Positions 45,847 through 56,073 of a stretch of DNA of 64,000 nt are shown one piece after another. Under the pieces are notes generated by a model that saw nothing but the letters and a program-made list of their open reading frames with translations, did not search any database and was not told the origin of the DNA. The translations under genes were made by a program, and so were the position numbers. This DNA comes from Pseudomonadota bacterium (GTDB lineage: Bacteria; Pseudomonadota; Gammaproteobacteria; Steroidobacterales; Steroidobacteraceae). The DNA lies in contig QGVD02000008.1 in NCBI GenBank assembly GCA_003242685.2, positions 17,427 through 81,426 on the forward strand, given 5' to 3'. How positions within the stretch are numbered: position 1 is the first letter of the stretch; each line of letters begins with the position of its first letter.

Positions 45847-47300
45847 GCTCTGACGTGCGCACCGCGCTCACGGCGCTGCTCGGAGAGGACGCGGTGCTCA
45901 CCGCGGCGGCCGACGTGGAGCCCTTTCTCACGGATCACCGGCGGCTGTACCGCGGCAGCGCGCTGGCGGTCGTGCAGCCGCGCTCGGTGGAGCAGGTCTC
46001 GAAGCTCCTCGCCTTCTGCAACGAGCGCCGCATCCCGGTGGTGCCTCACGGCGGGAACACGGGCTACGTCGGCGGCGCTACACCGGACGAATCGGGAACG
46101 CAGCTCGTCCTGTCCATGCGGCGGATGAACCGCATCCGTTCGGTGGACCCTCTCAACTACTCGCTGATCGCCGAAGCCGGCTGCATTCTCGCCGACGTCC
46201 AGCGCGCGGCCGACGCGGTCGAGCGCTTCTTCCCGTTGAGCCTCGGCGCGGAAGGAAGCTGCCAGATCGGCGGCAACCTCTCGACCAATGCGGGCGGCGT
46301 GAACGTCCTGCGCTACGGCATGATGCGCGACCTCGTGCTCGGGCTCGAAGTCGTGCTCGCCGACGGCCGCGTGCTCTCCTCTCTCACGAGCCTGCGCAAG
46401 GACAACACGGGCTACGACGTGAAGTCGCTGTTCCTCGGCGCCGAAGGCACGCTCGGCGTGATCACCGCCGCGAGCCTCAAGCTCTTTCCGAAGATCCGCG
46501 CGACGGCGACCGCCTTCGTCGCGGTGGCCGACGTGCAGTCCGCGGTCGATCTGCTGAGCGCGCTGCGCGAGGCGAGCGGCGACCGCGTGAGCTCCTTCGA
46601 GCTCGTGCCGCGCATCGCCATCGAGCTCACCACGCGGCACATTCCAGGTGTCACGGATCCGCTCGACGATCCCTACGAGTGGTACGTGCTGTGCGAGCTC
46701 AGCTCGGCGCGCGCCGGCGAGCCGCTCGATGCGCTGCTGCAGGAGACTCTCGCCGATGCGCTCGAGCGCGGCATCGTGCTCGACGCGGTGATCGCGCAGA
46801 GCGAGCGCGACCGCGCGGCATTCTGGCGTCTGCGCGAGCACATCCCGGAGGCACAGCGCATCGACGGCGCGAGTCTGAAGCACGACATCTCGGTGCCGGT
46901 GGCATCGCTCCCGAAGTTCGTCGCGCGCGCCGCGGAGTGGGTGAAGGACAACGTCCCCGAAGGGCGCCTCGTGGCATACGGCCACGTGGGCGACGGCAAT
47001 CTGCATTTCAATCTCAACCAGGCGCCGGGCGCCGATCGCGAGGCGTTCCTCGCCCGTGAGCCGCAGGTGAAGCGCGCCGTGCACGACCTCGTGCACGAGT
47101 TCGGCGGCAGCTTCAGCGCCGAGCACGGCATCGGGCGGCTCAAGGTGGGGGAGCTCGAACGCTATGCGCCGGCCGTAGAGCTCGAGCTCATGCGCGCGAT
47201 CAAGCGCGCGCTCGATCCGAACGGCATTCTCAATCCGGGCAAGGTCCTGCGCATGTCTTCCGCTTCCGGGACTCTTGCGCCGCCGGCGTCGGGAGCCTGA
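45843..47300 (+). CDS. FAD-linked oxidase (GlcD / D-2-hydroxyacid dehydrogenase family)
   Basis: ...IPVVPHGGNTGYVGGATP...; C-terminus ...HGIGRLK...ALDPNGILNPGKV. ATGA overlap with the channel gene. Confidence 0.85.
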   Translation: MSSDVRTALTALLGEDAVLTAAADVEPFLTDHRRLYRGSALAVVQPRSVEQVSKLLAFCNERRIPVVPHGGNTGYVGGATPDESGTQLVLSMRRMNRIRSVDPLNYSLIAEAGCILADVQRAADAVERFFPLSLGAEGSCQIGGNLSTNAGGVNVLRYGMMRDLVLGLEVVLADGRVLSSLTSLRKDNTGYDVKSLFLGAEGTLGVITAASLKLFPKIRATATAFVAVADVQSAVDLLSALREASGDRVSSFELVPRIAIELTTRHIPGVTDPLDDPYEWYVLCELSSARAGEPLDALLQETLADALERGIVLDAVIAQSERDRAAFWRLREHIPEAQRIDGASLKHDISVPVASLPKFVARAAEWVKDNVPEGRLVAYGHVGDGNLHFNLNQAPGADREAFLAREPQVKRAVHDLVHEFGGSFSAEHGIGRLKVGELERYAPAVELELMRAIKRALDPNGILNPGKVLRMSSASGTLAPPASGA

Positions 47301-47371
47301 GCACCGGCTGCGGGTGAGGCACACGGCGCGACCCGCTAAGCTTGTGCGATCCGGATCGCGGGGAGATACGC

Positions 47372-48292
47372 ATGACACTGAGCAGAGCTCTGGTGCTCGC
47401 ACTCGCGCTCTCAGCAGGAATCGCAGGCTGCAGCGAGAAGCCTGAATCGGCTGCACCTGCACGCGAGGCCGCACCGTCTCCTGCCGACGGCGCACCGCGC
47501 ATCGCCAACTCCGCCGACGGCGTGCACATCGAGTATCGCGTGTACGGCCGGGGCGATCCTGCCGTCGTGCTGGTCCACTGCTGGTCGTGCGACTCGAACT
47601 ACTGGCGTCAGCAGATCCCGCAGCTCTCGTCCCGGTACACCGTCGTCACCGTCGATCTGGCAGGACACGGTGCGTCGGGCCGCAATCGCACGCAGTGGAC
47701 GATCGAGGGCTTCGGCGACGACGTCGCCGCAGTCGTGCGTCAGATCCGGAACCGGGACGTGGTGCTGGTCGGTCACGGCATGGGCGGTCCCGTCGCGCTC
47801 GAGGCGGTACGGCGCATCGGAGATCGCGTGATCGGAATCATCGGCGTCGATACGTTCAAGACCGCCGGGCTTCCGCCGGTGCCGCCTGCCGATCTCGAGA
47901 AGCAGCTCGCAGCCTTCCGCACCGACTTCATCGGCAACACCCGCCGGTACGTCTCGCAGTCCCTGTTTCCTCCGAATGCCGACCCCGCGCTCGTGCGCAA
48001 GACGGCGGACGATCTCTCGCTCGCCCCGCCGGAGATCGCGATCGCTTCGATCGCCGCCCTGAACGCGATGGACCTCGACGGCCTTCTCTCGCAGATGCGC
48101 ATTCCCATCGTCGCGATCAACTCCGAGCACGGCGGACGGACGGACGAGGAGCGCATCCGCGCGATCGCACCCGGCTTCCGCGCGGTGGTGCTGCAGGGAA
48201 CCGGACACTTTCCGATGCTGGAGGACCCCGAGCGATTCACGGCCGTGCTGCTCGAGCAGCTCGGCGAGCTGACGGGTCCGAACCGTGACTGA
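47372..48292 (+). CDS. alpha/beta-hydrolase-fold lipoprotein with Gly in place of the nucleophile Ser
   Basis: Lipobox LSAGIAGC. Nucleophile elbow reads VGHGMGG (GGC at 47777-47779). His motif GTGHFPMLEDP is retained. Confidence 0.75.
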   Translation: MTLSRALVLALALSAGIAGCSEKPESAAPAREAAPSPADGAPRIANSADGVHIEYRVYGRGDPAVVLVHCWSCDSNYWRQQIPQLSSRYTVVTVDLAGHGASGRNRTQWTIEGFGDDVAAVVRQIRNRDVVLVGHGMGGPVALEAVRRIGDRVIGIIGVDTFKTAGLPPVPPADLEKQLAAFRTDFIGNTRRYVSQSLFPPNADPALVRKTADDLSLAPPEIAIASIAALNAMDLDGLLSQMRIPIVAINSEHGGRTDEERIRAIAPGFRAVVLQGTGHFPMLEDPERFTAVLLEQLGELTGPNRD

Positions 48293-48773
48293 GCACACGA
48301 CGCCTTCCGACCGCGGCGAGCGCCGCCTCGCCCTCTACACACTGATCGCACGCCTGCTCGATCAGGCGTTCGTCGTTCCGGGGACGCGCTGGCGCTTCGG
48401 GCTGGACGCCATCATCGGGCTCGTGCCGGGCCTCGGCGATGCGATCGGCGCCCTGTTCGGCATCTACGGCGTGTGGGTCGCGCGGCAGCTCGGCGTACCG
48501 CCTTCGGTGCAGACCCGGATGCTTCTCAATCTCGCCGTGGACGCGCTCGTCGGCGTAGTGCCGATCGCCGGCGACCTGTTCGACGCCGCATTCAAGGCGC
48601 ACGTGCGCAACCGCGAGCTCATCGAGCGCTGGCGCGCGAACCCGCGGGCCGTTAAGCGCGGCAGCCGGGCGCTGGTGCTCGCAGTCGCGCTGCTCCTCTT
48701 CGCCGTGGTCGCCGGCACGCTGTGGCTCGCCGTCGAGCTGCTGCAGCTCCTCTTCCGCGCACTCGGCGGCTGA
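48285..48773 (+). CDS. DUF4112-type membrane protein
   Basis: FVVPGTRWRFGLDAIIGLVPGLGDAIGALF...NLAVDALVGVVPIAGDLFDAAFKAHVRN. GTG overlaps the upstream stop. Confidence 0.7.
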   Translation: MTEHTTPSDRGERRLALYTLIARLLDQAFVVPGTRWRFGLDAIIGLVPGLGDAIGALFGIYGVWVARQLGVPPSVQTRMLLNLAVDALVGVVPIAGDLFDAAFKAHVRNRELIERWRANPRAVKRGSRALVLAVALLLFAVVAGTLWLAVELLQLLFRALGG

Positions 48774-48815
48774 GCGCACTCCGCGATTCGGGCGGGCTTG
48801 CTCCGCGCGGGAACG

Positions 48816-49676
48816 TCAGCCGCGCGGCGCGATCACGCGTACGAGACCTTCCTGAGCCGTGCTCGCGACCAGCCGTCCGTCGCGCGAGAAGACGCTCGCG
48901 CGCGCGAAGCCGCGCGCACCGGAAGCACTCGGGCTTTCCACGGCGTAGAGCAGCCAGTCGTCCACGCGCACCGGGCGGTGGAACCACATCGCGTGATCGA
49001 TGCTCGCGAGCTGGAAGGTGCCGCTCAGGAACGATCCGTGGGGGAGCGTCGCCGTGTCGAGCAGGTTGTAGTCCGAGACGTATGCGAGCAGACAGCGGTG
49101 CAGCGCCTCGTCGTCCGGCAGCCGGCTCGTGGCGCGGAACCATACCTGACGTGCAGGGGGCGCCTTGGGCCGCTCCGGATCGAACGGCTGCACCATGCGG
49201 AATTCGAAGGGACGGGGCTTCTCGATGAAGCGCTTGAGGTGCTCGGGCAGCCGCTCGAAGAGCTCGCGCGGCGGCCTCGAGAAGTCCGGCAGATCCTCGG
49301 GCGGCGGCACGTCGGGCATCGCGATCTGATGCTCGATGCCCTGCTCCATCACCTGGAAGGACGCCGTCATGTTGAAGATCTGCTGGCCGTGCTGGATCGC
49401 GATCACACGACGGTTCGAGAAGCTGCGGCCGTCGAGGCTGCGATCGACGGAGTAGACGATCGGCGCGTTGAAGTCGCCGCGCCGCAGGAAGTACGCGTGC
49501 AGCGAGTGCACGATGCGGCCTTCCACCGTCATGGACGCGGCGGTCAGGGCCTGACCCAGCACCTGACCGCCGAAGACCTGCGGACTGCCGATGTCGCGGC
49601 TCTCGCCGCGGAACAGGTTCACCTCGAGCTGCTCGAGCTCGAGGAGATTGAGCAGATCCGCGATTTGCTCGTCCAT
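48816..49676 (-). CDS. tesB: acyl-CoA thioesterase II
   Basis: MDEQIADLLNLLELEQLEVNLFRG...GGQVLGQAL...HSLHAYFLRRGD...SIDHAMWFHRP... Confidence 0.9.
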   Translation of the reverse strand: MDEQIADLLNLLELEQLEVNLFRGESRDIGSPQVFGGQVLGQALTAASMTVEGRIVHSLHAYFLRRGDFNAPIVYSVDRSLDGRSFSNRRVIAIQHGQQIFNMTASFQVMEQGIEHQIAMPDVPPPEDLPDFSRPPRELFERLPEHLKRFIEKPRPFEFRMVQPFDPERPKAPPARQVWFRATSRLPDDEALHRCLLAYVSDYNLLDTATLPHGSFLSGTFQLASIDHAMWFHRPVRVDDWLLYAVESPSASGARGFARASVFSRDGRLVASTAQEGLVRVIAPRG

Positions 49677-49696
49677 GCCGGACCGCGGTTGCGGCG

Positions 49697-50176
49697 TCAG
49701 CCGAAGATGAGCTGACCTCTCATCAGCGCGCTGTGTCCGGGGAAGGTGCACACGTACGTGTACGACTCGCCCTTCTTCAGCAGCGACGTGGAGAACTTGA
49801 TGGTGGTCGACTCGCCGCCGCCGATGAGCTTGGTGTGCGCGATGACGCGCTCGTCGCCCGGCTTCACGTAGTCGTTCTTCTGGCCCGCGGCGAGCCCGTC
49901 GTTCGCCACGGCGGTCACGTCGGCCGTGCGCGTCAGCACCCAGTTGTGGCCCATCGACGCGACCGGAAGCTTGCCGACGTGCTTGAGCGTCAGCTCCACC
50001 TCCGTGCAGTCCCCCGCGACCTTGAGCTCCTTCTTGTCGTACTGGATCAGGTCGTTGCCCGAGATCTCGAGCTTGCAGACTTTCCCTTCTGCGGCCTCGG
50101 CGGCCATCGGCAGCGCCATCGCCTGGGCGGCGCCCAGCAGCACGGCGGTCGCGAGGATCTTGCGGGTCGGACTCAT
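49697..50176 (-). CDS. azu: azurin (blue copper protein)
   Basis: Signal peptide, then CKLEISGNDLIQYD...MGHNWVL...YVCTFPGHSALMRG (Cu ligands H, C, H, M). Confidence 0.9.
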   Translation of the reverse strand: MSPTRKILATAVLLGAAQAMALPMAAEAAEGKVCKLEISGNDLIQYDKKELKVAGDCTEVELTLKHVGKLPVASMGHNWVLTRTADVTAVANDGLAAGQKNDYVKPGDERVIAHTKLIGGGESTTIKFSTSLLKKGESYTYVCTFPGHSALMRGQLIFG

Positions 50177-50278
50177 TTTCGGCTCCTTGCAGCTGTCAGG
50201 TGTGTTCGGTGCGGCTCTTCGACCCGGACGCAGCCGTCGGGGTTTCGAGCCGCAGGCTACGGAAAGTGCGGATCGACA

Positions 50279-51355
50279 TCACTCCCCCGCGACGCCGAGG
50301 CGCCGGTGCATGACCGGGCTCGTCGTCGTGTACTGCAGGAACTGCTTCTTCTCCGGATAGAGGTAGTGCTGGATCCCGAACGCGGCGAGCGCCGCCTCGT
50401 GGAACCCGGAGAGAATCAGCTTCTTCTTGCCCGGATAGGTGTTGATGTCGCCCACCGCGAAAATTCCCGGCACGCTCGTCTGGAACTTCTCGGTGTCGAC
50501 CTTGATCGCCTTGCGCTCGAGCTCGAGACCCCACTCGGCGATGGGCCCGAGCCGCGGGTGCAGACCGAAGAACACGAGCAGATGATCCGCATCGAGCGAA
50601 TGCACCGTCCCGTCCGTCGCCTTCACGTCGACACCGATGAGCCTGTCGCCCTCGGTGCGGAGCGCGTGCGCGACGCCCTCGATGTAGCGCAGGCGTCCGC
50701 TCGCCGCGAGCGCCTGCATCTTCGCGACTGACGCGGGTGCGGCGCGGAACTCCGCGCGACGGTGCACCAGGGTGAGGCTCGCCGCCTTCTCCACGAACTC
50801 GAGCGTCCAGTCGAGCGCCGAGTCGCCGCCGCCGAAGATCACGAGACGCTTGCCGTGGAAGTCGGCGGCGTTGCGCACGCGATAGTGAATCTGCGTGCCT
50901 TCGAAGGCCTCCGCGCCGGGCAGGCCGATGCGCCGCGGCTGGAACGAGCCGACGCCTGCGGCAATTACCACTGCACCTGCGTCGAAGCGCGTTCCGGTGG
51001 AGGTCACCACGTCGAATCGTCCGTCGGCGCGCTTCGAGACGTGCGTGACTTCCTGCCCGAAGTGGAACTGCGCGTTGAACGGCTTGATCTGCTGCATGAG
51101 CCGATCGATGAGCTCCTGCGCACCGCACACGGGCAGCGCCGGAATGTCGTAGATCGGCTTGTCCGGATAGAGCTCGGCGCACTGCCCGCCCGGGTACTTG
51201 AGTGAATCCACCACGTGCGCGCTGATGCCGAGCAGACCCAGCTCGAATACCTGGAACAGCCCGCACGGGCCGGCGCCGATGATGACGACCTCGGCCCTGA
51301 TCGGCTCGCGCCCGCTGTCCCGGTTCTCCTGCAAGTTGTCGGCGTTCTGGCTCAA
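50279..51355 (-). CDS. ferredoxin-NADP+ reductase, thioredoxin-reductase-like type
   Basis: [11 protein letters not shown]...[17 protein letters not shown]...[12 protein letters not shown]...[15 protein letters not shown] 51355 is a guess (ORF-track start 51445). Confidence 0.8.
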   Translation of the reverse strand: MSQNADNLQENRDSGREPIRAEVVIIGAGPCGLFQVFELGLLGISAHVVDSLKYPGGQCAELYPDKPIYDIPALPVCGAQELIDRLMQQIKPFNAQFHFGQEVTHVSKRADGRFDVVTSTGTRFDAGAVVIAAGVGSFQPRRIGLPGAEAFEGTQIHYRVRNAADFHGKRLVIFGGGDSALDWTLEFVEKAASLTLVHRRAEFRAAPASVAKMQALAASGRLRYIEGVAHALRTEGDRLIGVDVKATDGTVHSLDADHLLVFFGLHPRLGPIAEWGLELERKAIKVDTEKFQTSVPGIFAVGDINTYPGKKKLILSGFHEAALAAFGIQHYLYPEKKQFLQYTTTSPVMHRRLGVAGE

Positions 51356-51510
51356 GGCGGTATTCCGTCGAAAAGCGCGGCATTTTAGCGGAACGGACCC
51401 TGCTACGGCATGCGGGGAACGCGCAGCTTCCGCCGCGGTTTCCACGGCCGAGCTCCGACTGCTACTGTATGGCCGTCCGTCTGCCTGCGGTCCGTGAAAG
51501 GGAGGCCCGC

Positions 51511-51972
51511 ATGATCACGCTCAGCGTCAACGGCGAGGACAGACAGGTCGACGTCGAGCCCGACACCCCGCTCCTCTGGGTGCTCCGCGACACGCTCGGC
51601 CTCACGGGGACCAAGTACGGGTGCGGAATGGCGCTGTGCGGCGCCTGCACCGTTCACGTCGACGGCGAGCCGGTGCGCTCCTGCTCCGTTCCCGTGAGCG
51701 CGGTCGAAGGCCGCAGGATCACCACCATCGAGGGCCTTTCTCCCGACCGCAGCCATCCGGTTCAGCGTGCCTGGATCGAGCTCGACGTCCCGCAGTGCGG
51801 CTACTGCCAGTCGGGGCAGATCATGTCCGCCGCCGCCCTGCTCGCGAAGAACCCCCGTCCGGCGGACTCGGATATCGACGCAGCGCTCTCCGGCAACATC
51901 TGCCGGTGCGGCACGTACTCGCGCATCCGGGCTGCGGTGCATCGTGCGGCGCAGCTCATGAACGACACCTGA
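51511..51972 (+). CDS. [2Fe-2S] small subunit of an aldehyde/isoquinoline oxidoreductase-type molybdoenzyme
   Basis: [39 protein letters not shown]. Confidence 0.88.
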   Translation: MITLSVNGEDRQVDVEPDTPLLWVLRDTLGLTGTKYGCGMALCGACTVHVDGEPVRSCSVPVSAVEGRRITTIEGLSPDRSHPVQRAWIELDVPQCGYCQSGQIMSAAALLAKNPRPADSDIDAALSGNICRCGTYSRIRAAVHRAAQLMNDT

Positions 51973-51995
51973 ACGCGCGGCACAGGGGGTGGACC

Positions 51996-54125
51996 ATGGG
52001 CCTCGATCGGCGTGAATTCCTGAAGACGACTGCCGCGCTCTCCGGCGGACTGGTCGTGGCGCTGCACCTGCCCGGCTGCTCGAAACCGGGCGGATCGGCA
52101 AGCGGCGAGCACAAGACCGTCACGGCCAACGCCTGGCTCAGGATCGGCACCGACGGATCGATCACTTTCCTGTGCGACCGTTCGGAGATGGGTCAGGGCG
52201 TGTACACCGCCCTCACGATGCTGATCGCGGAGGAGCTCGGCGCCGACCCCGATCAGATCCGCGTCGAGTTCGCCCCGCCGGGCGACGAATACCGGAACGA
52301 CCTGCTCGGCGGCCAGGTCACGGGCGGCAGTACGAGCGTGCGCGATGCGTGGGACAAGCTGCGCACGGCCGCCGCGCAGACGCGCGCGCGCCTCGTCGCC
52401 GCGGCAGCCGAGCGATGGGGCGTACCGCCGGCAGGGTGCCGCGTGGAGCGCGCCACGATCATCTCGCCGCACGGCAAACGGCTCGGTTTCGGTGAGGTGG
52501 TGGAAGCCGCGGCACAGCTTCCGGTGCCGGAGCGGGTCACGCTGAGCGAACCGGGGAAGCGGCGTGTCATGGGGACGAGCGTGAAGCGTCTCGACACTCC
52601 CGCGAAGGTCGACGGCTCGGCGATCTATGGCATCGACGTGAGGCTGCCCGACATGCTCTACGCCGCGCTCGCGCAGCCGCCGGTGCTCGGCGGCAAGGTC
52701 CGCGGCGTGGACGACTCCGCGGCGAAGACGATGCCCGGCGTCCAGGCGGTCGTGCAGACGTCTTCCGGCGTCGCGGTGGTTGCCGATTCCTGGTGGCGTG
52801 CGCGCAAGGCTCGCGATGCGCTCAAGATCGACTGGGATCCCGGTCCCAATGCATCGCTCGACGACGCGGCCATCCTGCGCACACTGAAGAGCGCAGCGGG
52901 CAAGACCGGGCAGATCGCCCGTAAGGACGGCGACGTCGACCGCGCGATCCGCGGCGCCGCGCGTGTCGTGCGTGCGGAGTATCAGCTCCCGCTGCTCGCG
53001 CACGCGACGCTCGAGCCGCAGAACTGCACCGCGCACGTGACGGCCGACGGCTGCGACGTCTACGTGCCGACGCAGATCCAGCAGGTCGCGCAGCAGACCG
53101 CCGCGCAGGCCGCAGGGCTCCCTCCCGAGAAGGTTCGCGTGCACACGACGTTCCTCGGCGGCGGATTCGGCAGGCGTCTCGACGTCGATTTCATTCCGGC
53201 GGCGGTGGAATGCTCGAAGGCCGTAGGCCGGCCGGTGAAGCTCGTCTGGACGCGCGAGGACGACACCACGCACGACAAATACCGCCCGCCTGCGTTCGAT
53301 CAGGTCATCGGTGCGTTCGACAGGGACGGGAAACTGATCGCCTGGAAGCTGCACCTCGTCGGCCCGTCGATCACGGCGCGGATGTTCCCGGACGCCGTGA
53401 AGGACACCATCGATCCCTTCGCCATCGAGGCCGCCGCCAACTATCCCTACGACGTGCCGAACGTGCACGTGGAGTACGTGCGTCAGGAGATCGGCATCGA
53501 CGTCGGCTACTGGCGCTCGGTGAGCCATGCGCTCAACTGCTTCGTCGCCGAGAGCTTCATGGACGAGCTCGCCATCGCGGCCGGCCGCGATCCCGTCGAG
53601 TTCCGCATGGGGCTCCTCGAGAAGCAGCCGCGCTTCCGTGAAGTGCTGCGCGTGGCGACACGCGAAGCAGGCTATGGAATGGCACGGAAGGGACGCCGAC
53701 ACGGCGTCGCGCTCATGGAGGGCTACGGTACCTACATGGCGCAGGTCGCCGAAATCTCCATGGAAGGCGGCAAGGTCAAGGTGCACAGGATCACCTGCGC
53801 CGTGGACTGCGGCCAGGTGGTGAACCCCGACATCGTCACGGCGCAGGTCGAGAGCGGAATCATCTTCGGGCTCACGGCTGCGCTCTGGGGCGAGATCAAC
53901 ATCCGCGGCGGGCGCGTGCAGCAGACGAACTTCGACACCTATCGCCTGCTGCGCCTCAACGAGGCGCCGAGGATCGACACGTTCATCATCGACAGCCGCG
54001 AGCCGCCGGGAGGCATCGGCGAGCCGTCGACCGCACTCGTCGCCCCCGCCGTGTGCAATGCGATCTACATGGCGACGGGTACGCGCGTGCGGTCGCTGCC
54101 GCTGTCGCGGCACCGCCTCGCGTGA
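51996..54125 (+). CDS. molybdopterin-binding large subunit (IorB-like), Tat signal plus lipobox
   Basis: MGLDRREFLKTTAALSGGLVVALHLPGCS...; xanthine-dehydrogenase-family body (GQGVYTAL..., GGGFGRR). Confidence 0.85.
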   Translation: MGLDRREFLKTTAALSGGLVVALHLPGCSKPGGSASGEHKTVTANAWLRIGTDGSITFLCDRSEMGQGVYTALTMLIAEELGADPDQIRVEFAPPGDEYRNDLLGGQVTGGSTSVRDAWDKLRTAAAQTRARLVAAAAERWGVPPAGCRVERATIISPHGKRLGFGEVVEAAAQLPVPERVTLSEPGKRRVMGTSVKRLDTPAKVDGSAIYGIDVRLPDMLYAALAQPPVLGGKVRGVDDSAAKTMPGVQAVVQTSSGVAVVADSWWRARKARDALKIDWDPGPNASLDDAAILRTLKSAAGKTGQIARKDGDVDRAIRGAARVVRAEYQLPLLAHATLEPQNCTAHVTADGCDVYVPTQIQQVAQQTAAQAAGLPPEKVRVHTTFLGGGFGRRLDVDFIPAAVECSKAVGRPVKLVWTREDDTTHDKYRPPAFDQVIGAFDRDGKLIAWKLHLVGPSITARMFPDAVKDTIDPFAIEAAANYPYDVPNVHVEYVRQEIGIDVGYWRSVSHALNCFVAESFMDELAIAAGRDPVEFRMGLLEKQPRFREVLRVATREAGYGMARKGRRHGVALMEGYGTYMAQVAEISMEGGKVKVHRITCAVDCGQVVNPDIVTAQVESGIIFGLTAALWGEINIRGGRVQQTNFDTYRLLRLNEAPRIDTFIIDSREPPGGIGEPSTALVAPAVCNAIYMATGTRVRSLPLSRHRLA

Positions 54126-54200
54126 GTGTGAAGCCACCCTTCGGGCAGCGCCTGGCGGCTGCCCCGAGCGTGGCGATTGGATCGACGAAGGACGCGCGCT

Positions 54201-54500
54201 TCAGGCGCGGCCCGCGTTCGCGTCCGTCGGGGTGTGGAAGTACTCGCTCTCCGAGGCGAGCTGCTCGACCAGCCGTTTGAGCTCGGCCATACGGCCTTCG
54301 GCGGTGCTGATGGGCATGCAGTCCTGGCACCGCGGATCCCCGCACGGCTGACGGGAGTACAGCCAGTACTGGATGGCGCCGGCGAGCAGACCGTCCGCGA
54401 TGTCCCAGAGATCGGCGTCCTTGTCCTTGTCCGCCAACCGGTTGCCGAGATCAACGGCCTTGGTGAATGCCGAATCGAAGGTGTCTGCGATCTCAGTCAT
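54201..54500 (-). CDS. small hypothetical protein (C-x5-C-x2-C)
   Basis: 99 aa from ATG 54500: MTEIADTFDSAFTKAVDLGNRL...PCGDPRCQDC... No RBS. TATACT lies 7 nt upstream. Confidence 0.5.
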   Translation of the reverse strand: MTEIADTFDSAFTKAVDLGNRLADKDKDADLWDIADGLLAGAIQYWLYSRQPCGDPRCQDCMPISTAEGRMAELKRLVEQLASESEYFHTPTDANAGRA

Positions 54501-54631
54501 ATGACCTAGTATAAAGCATCCGTTCGCAAATCCCGCCGCCTGACGATCGAAGCCGATCACACTCCGGCGAAGACGCGCCCGCCGGTCCGCGGACGGACGA
54601 GGCACAGCTCGCGATCACGCCGGAGGCGTCG

Positions 54632-56026
54632 CTACGGCGTCGCCGAGTCGACGCGCCGCGAGAGCGCTTCGAGCCGCTCGTCGAGCTCGGCCCGGGACAG
54701 CCAGCGGCCGCGGACCATGACGCCCGCGAGCCGGCGCACCGCCCGCACGTCTTCGAGCGGATTCGCCTCGACCAGGAGCAGATCGGCCTCGAGACCTTCG
54801 CGCACTGCACCAAAGCGGTCCGCGGCACCGAAGAACCGCGCGGGGTTCACGGTCGCGGTCTGCAATGCCTCGAAGGGCGAGAGCCCGATCTGGGTATAGA
54901 GGTGCAACTCCTCAAGAGCCGAGTCGCCGGGAGCGTTGAAGACCTGCGGAGCGTCCGATCCGAGCGCGATCGGCACCCCGGCACGGTGCATCCGGCGAAT
55001 CAGCTCGCGCCGCAGCTCGAGGAAACGCTGCGCGTCCTGCCGTGAAGGCGGATTCGGGCCGACGAAGTTGCGGAGCGCCGATTGCCAGCGCTCCACCGTC
55101 TGCGGCGGAAGGTAACGCATCACCGGGCGCGACCTGAGCTCCTCCTCGCCCGGCGGGATGGCCCACTGCTCCAGCAGGATCTGCGTCGGCACCATCCACG
55201 TGCCAGCCGCGCGCGTGCGCTCGACGAGCTCCGGGATCCGCGCCGGATCGGCGCAATGAGAGACGGCGAGACCGAAGATGCCGACAGCGCCTGCCCGCTC
55301 GAGGCATTGCGGATCGCCGAGTGCCTGCATGTAGCCGTCGAGATGATCGATCGCACGCTGACGCGCCTCGAGCGCACGATGCACGCCGACGTCCTCGGAG
55401 ACGTGACCTTCGAAGGGAATGCCCGCTTCGCCGGCCGCGCGTGCGATCGCATCGAACACTTCGCGGCTCAATCCCGGATGGAGCTTGAGGAAGTCGTAGC
55501 CGGCCGCCTTCTGCTCCCGCACCATCGCGACGGCCCGCTCGACCGTCGGCGCGCTCTGGCCGTTGAAGGAAGGACCAGCCGTGAAGAGCCGCGGCCCGAG
55601 GACCTCGTGGCGCGCGAGCCGCTCCTTGAGCTCGAGGTGCCAGGGATGCCCCAGCATGCCGCGGATGGTCGTGACGCCGTGCGCCAGGTAAAGAAGCAGG
55701 ACGTCGTAGCTATCCGATTCGCGCGGAGGCGAAGGGAGATGCGCGTGCATCTCCGCGAGCCCCGGCATCAGGTATCGGCCGCGACCGTCGACGATGTGCG
55801 CCTGCTGCGGCGCCTGCACGGAACCGGCGGGCCCGATGCGGGCGATGCGTCCGTCCTGCACCAGGACGTCGCGCCGAGCGTCGACCTGCGGCCGCTCCAT
55901 CGACACGACGTCGACGTCGCGGAACAGCACGGCCGAGGGGCGCCCTGCCTGCGCCAGCGCAGGCGTCGCGGCCTGAACGGCGAGAAGTGCCGCCGCGAGA
56001 AGCGTGCGCACCATGCGTGCGTTCAT
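54632..56026 (-). CDS. secreted amidohydrolase-family protein
   Basis: Signal peptide MNARMVRTLLAAALLAVQAATPALA. Metal motif GLAEMHAHLP. Confidence 0.8.
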   Translation of the reverse strand: MNARMVRTLLAAALLAVQAATPALAQAGRPSAVLFRDVDVVSMERPQVDARRDVLVQDGRIARIGPAGSVQAPQQAHIVDGRGRYLMPGLAEMHAHLPSPPRESDSYDVLLLYLAHGVTTIRGMLGHPWHLELKERLARHEVLGPRLFTAGPSFNGQSAPTVERAVAMVREQKAAGYDFLKLHPGLSREVFDAIARAAGEAGIPFEGHVSEDVGVHRALEARQRAIDHLDGYMQALGDPQCLERAGAVGIFGLAVSHCADPARIPELVERTRAAGTWMVPTQILLEQWAIPPGEEELRSRPVMRYLPPQTVERWQSALRNFVGPNPPSRQDAQRFLELRRELIRRMHRAGVPIALGSDAPQVFNAPGDSALEELHLYTQIGLSPFEALQTATVNPARFFGAADRFGAVREGLEADLLLVEANPLEDVRAVRRLAGVMVRGRWLSRAELDERLEALSRRVDSATP

Positions 56027-56073
56027 GGCGCAAGAATGCCACGATGCGCAGCCTCACCGCCAAGGAGACATCG

